A stretch of DNA of 64,000 nucleotides from assembly GCF_009914755.1 (NCBI RefSeq), contig NC_060937.1, one strand, 5' to 3'. Of the stretch, positions 54,457-64,000 are shown in pieces (positions within the stretch are counted from its first letter, which is position 1; every line of letters starts with the position of its first letter). Below the pieces are notes generated by a model that was given only the letters and a program-made list of their open reading frames with translations, was not told where the DNA came from and did no database searches. The stretch comes from the human T2T-CHM13v2.0 reference genome, Homo sapiens. A program made the translations under genes and the position numbers.

Positions 54457-54929
54457 CTCATATCTCTACAATGTGGGCATAATAGTAAAAGATTGTTTTA
54501 TTTCAGAAAAATACAAATATTTTCTTAACTACTTTGATAATTATGGCCATTTAGATGTTTTATAAATAAATACATTTCTGTTTTTTAGAAAGTATGCTTT
54601 CTTTACAATAAATAACATGTGAAAAGTAATGAAAACTTGTACTGATTATAAATGTGGGAATACTCAAGTATAAATTCCATGAGGACACAGACTATGCCTA
54701 CCTGACCAGCAATATTTTCCTGGCATTCTCACAATGAATGAGAGGATGGATATATGGATACATTTGTCTCACAAAGCTCTTTGCAGTCTGACTAGATTAG
54801 CTGTAGAAAAAGTTACAGGGAAAATTTCATTTTATACTTTCCAAAGCCATCATAAGATACATTATCTAAATATGTTATTTTTAAATAATTAGTTTACAAT
54901 GACAGTAGCAGTAGCAGTTGTATTAATAC

Positions 54930-55130
54930 TATGGCTTATAGAGTAATTACTGTGAGTCTTCTAAGTACTTTAATATATTAATTCATTTAGTATTAATGTT
55001 ATTAATATCTCAGTTTTTTGAAAGAAGAAACTCAGGTACAGGAAGATAAATTATCACACCCAAGGTTACCAGAATGAAAGATTGTGAGGCAATTATACAG
55101 AATCCATACCCTTAACCATAACACTACACT
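54930..55130 (-). mobile_element. MIR
   Basis: ctaagtactttaatatattaattcatttag...gaagaaactcaggtacagg...cccaaggttac. Confidence 0.65.
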
Positions 55131-57280
55131 ACATCTCAAAAATCAAGTGAGGCAGTGGTAATAATACCAACTCCTGAATATCAACACAACAAGTAATTAA
55201 GAATATGCATATTTAACACTTGTACTTTTATCTATCTGATAATGTTAGTAAACAGTGATTTACAGTAACTCATATAAGGAAAAGACAATACCTTTCTTCC
55301 TTATTTTATGAGGCAGATGTTTGCAAATTATTGTTGTGAAAACTATAGATCCACAGTTTTCTTATATTAGCAAACTAACAAGCTTGCTAGATATTGTGAC
55401 TTTTAATTTATACTTAGAATCATGTTGATTAAAGCTTAAATTTGGCAATTAGACTGAAATGTATTCATTGGAAATGTCTATATGTCATTTCAGTAAAATA
55501 TATTTAGATGTGATATTAAATACAAATGCATCAAGTGTAAACCTGTCCAGCTTTGTCTATATATTTTATATTTTGATTCCTCCACAAAAGTATCTAACAC
55601 ATCAAGATTCCAATGTGTTTCCAATATTGCCAGTTTATACTCATTCCTTTAGTTTAAGGCAATGATTTGAAAATGTGATTCTCAATACACCAAATGGTTT
55701 ACAAGTTGTTTGATGGTTTCAGTGAAGGAAGTGATAGAATAAGTATTCTCATATGCATTTCACAAATTTGAAATGTAAGATTAAGATAATTGTTAAAAAG
55801 CTTATATGCCACCTAAAAAGCTAACAACACATAATAGATTTGGGGGCAAAAAGCAAAACAAGATTCTGGAAAAAATAGCTTTACAAAATTGCAAGCTTGA
55901 CTATTCAAAGCAATAACATATAATATTTTAGAGTAATTACTATCAAAAGTTCAGCTTACAATTAAACAAACACATTAATATGAAGAGTATATGGTACCTC
56001 TTGGAAATATGTTTTAATATAGGAAAGAAAAGTGCTTTACAACTTTTCGTTCTATTTATTATTGAGAATGTATGCTACAGGAACAATATTAATATTAATA
56101 TTAATTCCTAATAATTTTTCTCAATGTTTACAGAACCACTATGTGTGTAGAAAAAAACTTAATATAGACATAAAAGATCTTACATCTAAATACCAATAAA
56201 AAAACTGCCCTATTTAAAACATAATTGTTAGTCAAAAATATGGTCTTTCTTTGCAGTCAGTGTAGACAAAAATAGTGCAAATTGCTAGTCAAAATATCAT
56301 GGCCACATGTGTTTTTTAAATACCTGTTTGAATAAGTGGATATATAACAAATTATTTTCTAATTTAGAATGTTCTCATGGTAGTGAAACACATGTTCTTA
56401 AGAATGTCTGAGTTAGGGGATGCAATTGTAATAATTTCTTCATGATATTGTTAATACAGTAAAGAAAAACAATGCATCAATTGGGCTTTTGACAGTTGGT
56501 GTTTATCAATACATGTTCTGCATCCTGAATGGACTAAAAACTTGAGTAAGGTAGAAATCATGGCCAAAATATACTGACCTTTAACATGAAAGTAAAGCAT
56601 TAGGTTATTTAATATGAACTAAATTCCAATGTTTCAGTCTCTGAATTTAACTCCTCACCATCAACAGATTATTTTCTTCACATATATGAAGACAGTAACA
56701 GTGATGACATATTAACAAAAGTCTACAACCAAAGACTAAATTAACAAAAGAAAAAACTTCAAAATCTGAAGTTGATTAAAATATACACTTTAAATTCATT
56801 TTTCAGTATTTCTAGATTCTCCTTATAGCTTATGAGAGAAACACGATTTTTGATTTGGTGTCTGATGGAGTGCCAAAGTGGTCTTTAGTGAGAATTTTTG
56901 CCATTACTTTTACAAACAGATTGATCCTCAAAAGTAGAAAAGTCTAGCAGGAACACAAATGGCCAGCTACCTTCCATTCTTGACTACATGCAATTTTAAG
57001 GTAATATTTCTTAAGATATTAAACATATGAGCAAAGACATGATTATGGAAACAACCCATGCTTCAAGCAATCTATTATTTACTGTATATGAGTACACATA
57101 CCTTGGAGAATATCTGACACAATGGCATCTTTTGCACTATCCTGAAATAATTACTAATAAATGTAATATATTCTCTGTTACATTTACTATTAACATTACA
57201 AAACATTTCAAAATACCTAAAATTGATTGTCTGAATGCACAGTAATTGTTCACCATTATTGAAAAGTTAAAATTGTAAAA

Positions 57281-57455
57281 AGTTAGGTGCATTGGCTCAT
57301 GCCTATAATCCCACCTACTCCAGAGACTGAGGAGTGAGGATGACGTGAGCCCAGGAGTTCAAGGCTGCAGTGAACTATGACTGCATCACTGCACTTTAGC
57401 CTGGAAAACAGAGTGAGACCCCCAACTCTTAAACAAAAAAAGAAGAAAGAAAAAA
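57281..57455 (+). mobile_element. FRAM/FAM-type Alu monomer
   Basis: Single monomer gagcccaggagttcaaggctgcagtgaactatgactgcatcactgcactttagcctgg followed by an A tail. Confidence 0.85.
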
Positions 57456-59028
57456 CAGAGGTATCTACTCAAGAAACTTCCATTAAATGTAAATATTATA
57501 GGGTGATTTAGTAACTCACTAAAAAGTTACATTGCAATAAATTCAATTATTTTATTATGTTCTATTTTCATTTTAAAGTACCAGTCCAACTTTTAACACA
57601 GGCAGCCAGCCTATTTTCCTGAGTAAATGTGAGCCATAAATATAAGTCCCCACGGTGAAGAAGGAAAGAGCATGAACAAACTTCAACTAAAAATTTTATG
57701 TCTAGGATTAGCACTATGTATACATTAGAGAGAAAATTTTATTCAGAATCACTAAAGTAATGGTTTGCATTGTGTTGTGATATGAGGTACCATTTGTAAG
57801 ATATTGAGAATGTTGCTCAGCACTGTGGGAGACTTGTTATGAGAGCCTTGGCCAGGGGCCCAAAATTCAGGGAGCCATGCTCTTGCCCTTCTCCTTTGAT
57901 ACATGGTCCCATAGGATGAGGCATTAACAAGGCAAAGGAGACTATAAATACCAAGTCTGCCCTCTATTTCTTTAGGGCCTCAAGCAAATACAGATAACAG
58001 AAACCTAGTGTTTCCCAATCAAATAATCCTGAGTCTGTTTGAAGGCCTGCACCTACCTAATCCTTCCATCTGTCCTCCTGAGGGCCTCCTGTGTTACCAA
58101 TCATTGGCCAGATGTACCACTTCTCCTAGGATGGGGATGGATCTTGAATATGTGTGTGAGGCCTTTTGCAAAATGGGACAGAAGTGAAAATGGGAAGAGA
58201 AGACAAAAAGGGCCTGGAGTCAAGCTCTCCCCACATCAACAGATTCCAGCAGAGAAATGCAAGAATTCTGAGAAGTTGAAATTTTTAAATTGGCCTTGCA
58301 GGCTATGATTAAGCTGTATTTCTACATTTTTTGAGGACAGACATTTTATTAAATATTTTTTAGTTTAATAATTTTCAAATATTTAGAAATTTATTGTCTG
58401 AGCCTTTATTTATTCTCATGTATACCTCCCGCCCACAACAATGAGGACCTTGCAGTATTTAAACTTTATAAATGGTGGCTAATTTCTCTCAGAGTGCAAA
58501 ACTGGAAGATGCCAAACCTTGATGAGGCTTAGCCTGGAAACCAACACAGCATAACTTCTGCCACATTCTATTAAAGCATATCACAGAGCAGTGATTCAAG
58601 GTGAGGGGATTATATACTAATGCAAAAGTTATGGTTCATCCGGGGGCACCAAAACTTTCCAGAACATATTTACGTAGATTAATGAGTAGATTAACTTGGT
58701 CAGAAAATTAATGTAGTCAAAACTTAAGGCATAATAATAGTGAGAAGCCCATATTAACTTTTTAATCATAAGCTAAAACATATCCTAAATGAGGGGAGAA
58801 ATATTTCACTACATTTTAGTTAAAGGCCAACAAGTAGTTGAATAAAGTTGGGTTTATTGATTTTTGCAGCAGAAAGAATGACCTTCATGAGGAGTCATGT
58901 ATCATCTCAGTAAGAGAATGTTAGGAAGGATTAATTATAGAATTTGGTCTTGTGTAATGTGATTTTATGGGGGCTTTACATATAGACTGAATGTTGTCAG
59001 GAGCCAGGATAATGCTATCATTGGTATT

Positions 59029-59488
59029 TGTATTTGTTTCCTAGAGATGCTATAACAATGTACCATAAGGTCAGTGGCTTAAAATAAAATAAATCTATTC
59101 TCTCACAGTTTTGGAGGCTAGAAGTCTAAAATCAAGATATAACAAGGACCATGCTCCCACTGAAACTCTGGGTAGTATATTTCTTTGCCTCTCCTTAGCT
59201 TCTGGGGTTGGCAGTAAATAGTTAGTATCCCTGGGCTTGCAGCTGTATCATTCAAACCTCTCCACTGCCATCACACGGTGTTCTCCCTGCTTGTCTCTGT
59301 CCTCACATGGCATTCTTCTACTAATGCCACCAGTCATATTGGATTCAGAGCCCAGCCTACTCCAGTATGACTGCATGTTTAATTAATTATACGTGTGATT
59401 ACCCTATTTCCTAATAAGGTCAGATTCTGAGGTACTGGGGGACAGGATTTCAGTATATCTACTGGGGGCCACAATTTAATGCATAACA
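59029..59488 (-). mobile_element. MLT1C-like solo LTR, apparently inserted in an older LTR-like sequence (~58790-59770)
   Basis: tgtatttgtttcctagagatgctataaca...tctcacagttttggaggctagaagtc...ttcctaataaggtcagattctgaggtactggg...cataaca. Confidence 0.85.
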
Positions 59489-60193
59489 TTAACCTAATAG
59501 TTCTTATCTAGTAAGTAGGGTCATTTTTATGGTGTCAACATGGCTTGATTTTGTCTCTGCATATTCTCCATGTATAGACATGATTATAAAGTAGTCCGGT
59601 TTTGGTTTGGACCTATCATAGTCACAGATTAGCCTTGTTCTCTACAATTATAATGTTCAGCACAAGAACAACATGGTCTAGCTATGAGAGATATGCCACT
59701 TTCTGGCAACATTAACCCTAGTTGATAGTGCTAAGCCAGGTCCTGGCTGTTGGTGGTTACCTTTCTATTTCTCGTAACTCGAATAAAATGTAGTAGATGA
59801 GAGAATGATCAACACTTCTAAACTGATTGAAAATTGAAAGTAAAATAAAAAACAAAATAAAAGTACTTTACTAACATAACAAATAGAAATTTAAAGATTC
59901 AAGATTGGAGTTTGAATTGGCAAAGAGGGTTGATTATGAGTTCTACTTTTTAAATTATGAGTTGGTGGGCTAGTGGCATATTCGGATGGTGATGTTATTA
60001 AGAAGTTGGATATATGAAATGAAGGTCTGGAAAAACATTAGAAAATTTTAAGAATGGATGAATTCACTAAAAGGGACTATGGATACAGAAGAGAAAAGAA
60101 ATATCAAAATGAAACTTGAAAGAATGTCTGTAGTTAGGATTTAGAAGAAATAATGTGATACAAGTAAAAATACTTTTACTGCATACTAGATAG

Positions 60194-60881
60194 TGTGTCC
60201 AGAGTTTATTCCTTCTGGTGGGTTCTTGGTCTCGCTGACCTCAAGAATGAAGCCGCAGACCCTTGTGGTGAGTGTTACAGTTCTTAAAGATGGTGTGTCC
60301 GGAGTTTGTTCCTTCAGATGTTCAGATGTGTTCGGAGTTTCTTCCTTCCAGTGGGTTCGCAGTCTCGCTGACTTCAGGAGTGAAGATGCAGGCCTTTGCA
60401 GTGAGTGTTACAGGTCTTAAAGGTGGCAGGTCTGGAGTTATTTGTTCCTCCAGGTGAGTTCGTGGTCTTGCTGACTTCAGGAATGAAGCCACAGACCCTC
60501 GCGGTGAGTGTTACAGCTGATAAAGGTAGTGCGGACCCAAAGAGTGAGCAGCAGCAAGATTTATTGTGAAAAGCCAAAGAACAAAGCTTCCACAGCATGG
60601 AAGTGGCCCCGAGTGGGTTGCCGCTGCAGGCTCTGGTGGCCAGCTTTCATTCCCTTATTTGGCCCCGCCCACATCCTGCTGATTGGTCCATTTTACAGAG
60701 CGCTGAGAGGTCCATTTTACAGAGTGCTGATTGGTGTGTTTACAATCCTTTAGCTAGACTCAGAGTGCTGACTGGTGTGATTTTACAGAGTGCTGATTGG
60801 TGCGTTTACAATCCTTTAGCTAGACACAAAAGTTTTCCAAGTCCCCACCCGACCCAGAAGTTCAGCTGGCTTCACCTGTCA
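60194..60881 (-). mobile_element. LTR12 solo LTR (HERV9), short 688 bp form
   Basis: tgtgtccagagtttattccttctggtgggttcttggtctcgctgac repeats and gagtgctgattgg repeats; perfect 4 bp TSD ATAG (60190-60193 / 60882-60885). Confidence 0.95.
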
Positions 60882-61469
60882 ATAGGATTATATTAGATAA
60901 CAAAAACTAGATATGTACCAGTACTTTGGAATATAGTAAAGGAAAATGAGATACTTTACCAGAAAGTTAGTTCCCTAATAACAGAAACTTTAAAACAACA
61001 CCAAAATTGCTTCCTTTCAGTAAAGTTTCCAGGTATCAAGTAAGGCCCCTTAGGATCTCAAGAGTCCATAATTCTATTAAGGATAGGGAGAAACTGGTGG
61101 TGAGGAAGACAAAGTAAGATCCTCACCGATGAGAAGTGGTTTACTGAAGCAAAAATTTGTATATATTTTCCTAGTTATTACTAGCATGAATATTTTTAAA
61201 TCAAAAACATGTAGCCAATAAAGAGAGAAAAAATGATATAATCAATAAAAAGAGAAACAGAGTGAAAATACAAGAAATTAGGAAGATCACAGAGCAACTT
61301 ATCTAGGTTAGGAAAAAATAGAATCAAAGCACATATTCAAGTTACATTAGGAATGGATAAAGTACATCTGTCTAAGAAAAGAGTCTATAAACAGATTGTT
61401 GAACTTTTTATTTGTCATAGATGATTTTTTTCGGGGGGAGTTTGTTTGTAACAAAGGCAAAGTGAATTT

Positions 61470-62174
61470 TGAGAGAAGAGGAAGGAAGAAACTGGTTGGG
61501 CAGACAGTTAGGTTGGCTCCCTCAGTAAAACTCCTTCAAACCAAGAACAGCCTGAAAACCTAGCTGCAGGCCCCTGATTTAAAAAAAAAAAAAAAAAAGC
61601 CCATGTCCCTAAAGGGAAACTCCCATTCTGCCAGCCCAGATGAATAAATTCCACTCCTTCTGGGGGGCATGCTTCTCTCCCACTTGGACGTGCCTTTGTC
61701 CTTTTTGTTGTGCTTTGTCCCAATGGGTCCTTACTCTGCCCTCTCCCAATTGGTTCTTTGCATCCCTCTGCACTACTGTGTCTGTCTGAGTGGTGCATTT
61801 TGGTGCACTTTTTGGTCTGAGCATACCCCATCTTAAGCCCATAAAAACCCTTGTGCTCAGCCTCATCGCTGGCAACCCTCTTTCAGGCCCCTGCTCGCTG
61901 CTGAGAGCTTTTCTGTAACTTATAATTCCTAGTCTGCCTTATTCACTCTTGGGTGTCTGTGTACCTTATTCTTCTTGGTCATGGGATAAGAACCCAGAAT
62001 TCACTGAACTGCTGGAGCAAAAGAGCTGTAATGCTCCCGTTTGCAAAGCCATGGGTGGCAGGAGTAAAAGAGCTGTAACACTCCCTCTCACTGGCCAAAC
62101 TATGGGAGTGAAGAAGCTGCTGGGTGCTATTGCCTTCTACTCATCAAAGAGCGGGAGTAAAAATAGCCTCAACA
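61470..62174 (+). mobile_element. ERV1 solo LTR (MER61/LTR20/LTR25 group)
   Basis: tgagagaagaggaaggaagaaactggttgggcagacagttagg...cccataaaaaccc...aaaagagctgtaaca...caaca. Confidence 0.7.
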
Positions 62175-63224
62175 ATAGGAACTATGTTACAAAGTGAGGG
62201 TGCTTTCACAGGACAAAGCGTCTTGAGTGTAGTATAAAGTGAGGATATCTGTTGGAAGTAAAGAATCTGGAGGCAGTGTTTAAGGATTGGGGAATAAAAC
62301 CAGTGAAATTACTAAAAATGTGATGGGGCAACCAACAAAACCAAATAGAGTTTAAGTAACATGAGTTTTGAGGCCATCCATTTAGAACAGTGCCTTTCTC
62401 TAATATAAATGTGCAGAAGTTGCTATAGTGAATTAAATATAATACAGATTCTTAACTGGCATGGATAAAGTGCAAAGATCAATAACACACAAGGAGAAAA
62501 TTACTGGAAAGTGTTGCTCATGTGGTCCTTAGAAATAAGGAGCCAAGAGGAGTTTTAAAGCAAGTGAGATGTTAAAAGCACAAAGTCAGAGAAGTGGTTC
62601 AATAGTTCTTGAATGACAATATTTCAGGAAATTATAATCTGCTTGGTAGCAGTAGCCTATTTAAATATTACTTTTTAAAATTCAGAGGGTTAAGTTGATA
62701 TTTATTGAAAATAGTGTTTATATTTAATAGCAGACTGAAAAACCTCAAATAATTAATTCCCTACATAGAAAATAATAAATTACATATAAGACAATGTTTC
62801 AAGTACTTAGTGTAACTTATTAAATTGTTTTAAATCAGGAACATGGCTATGCCATTAGGGAAATAAAATATTCATTGTTATAATGAGCTGAAAATCAAGA
62901 TTAGTATTATTTTAAAATACTAGCAATGTACCTCTATTTGCTCAGACAAAACTGAACCAATTCATTAAACTTTATTTATATTCTAGGTTAATAAACAAGA
63001 ACTGTATACATTTCAAATAACTGATGAATAGAAATGTTTAGATTTTTTTTCTCTAGATAACTTACTTAGAAATAAAGAAAATGCATATAAATTGTGCAAA
63101 ACCCAAAGCATATGTCAGGCTAAAATTACCTAATGTTTTTTGAAGCAAACATTGTATAATTACTTGATGGTCAATTACATCTGATTAAAATGTATTGGTC
63201 AGCTTCATGTGGCAGAAACTACAG

Positions 63225-63390
63225 AGTGTTTGGAATTAATCATGCACAAGTTCTGTTTCTTTCACTTTCTAGTTATGTAACTGTGGGCATTATTTAAGCT
63301 TTCCGAAATTCAGTGTTTTACTCTCTAAAATAATAACAGTATTTATTTTTTAGAGCTGTTGAGACGATTACATTTTTTCATGTAATTAAT
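63225..63390 (+). mobile_element. MIR
   Basis: cactttctagttatgtaactgtgggcattatttaagctttccgaaattcagtgttttactctctaaaata. Confidence 0.65.
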
Positions 63391-64000
63391 AAGTGAAAAT
63401 GTCAACTATTGTATTTTTCACATTGCAGGTAATTAAAAAGTTATTCGATTTCTTTCTTTCTTTCTCTCATTTGTCCAAAACACTTAATATTCTTTCCCCT
63501 TTCTTTAGAGCAAGAGTTGAACAACCAGAAAAAGTCTGTGGAGCTGCACAGCTTGCTGGTGTCATGCTTCACATTGTTTAAATGAAAATAGGACTTGCTT
63601 GTGCAAAGTGTAATGAAAATGTTGACACTCTTGATCAAGACAGAGATGAAGATAAATAAAAATAATATAATTTTTTGCAGGTGATGTCCATGTCCACAAA
63701 TAATTTTAAGTGGAAATGAATGAAATCCATTGTGATGTCAACTAGCTCCTTTTCTTTTTTAGTTAACCAAGAAAGAATACTTACTATACCTGAACACTGG
63801 CACAGAAGGATTAGCCTAATGGCTCTAGCCTCAAGGCTATTGCTGGAAAAAAATGGGCTGGTTCTGAAATTTTACATCTATAACCCCCTTTATGGTGCTT
63901 TTCTTAAAACTGAGAGATGACATTTTTTGAGTAGATTTTTCTAAGGCTAGCATCCTTAGCCATTCAAAGGCAACTAATTGTCAAACCCTTTGAAACTTAA

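Overview
This is AT-rich primate (very probably human) non-coding DNA, and I recognise no intact host protein-coding gene in it. Most of it is interspersed repeats: Alu, L1, L2, MIR, a full-length THE1, several solo LTRs and DNA-transposon relics. Three things stand out. (1) A processed CDK2AP1 (DOC-1) pseudogene lies on the minus strand at ~14275-15417. It was missed by the ORF track and still carries an uninterrupted 54-codon ATG-to-stop frame for the C-terminal helical domain. (2) A ~4.4 kb SATR1/SATR2-type satellite block at ~29.9-34.3 kb is built from self-palindromic ~74 bp monomers. It has a ~1.42 kb higher-order duplication and two oppositely oriented arms around a ~400 bp AT-rich core, and it ends abruptly at a young L1 with a templated-inversion junction. 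(3) A ~1.6 kb almost pure A/T minisatellite cluster lies at 49.5-51.1 kb. Repeat family and subfamily names come from recalled consensus sequences, not a database search. Nearly all ORFs in the supplied track are repeat-derived or chance frames.
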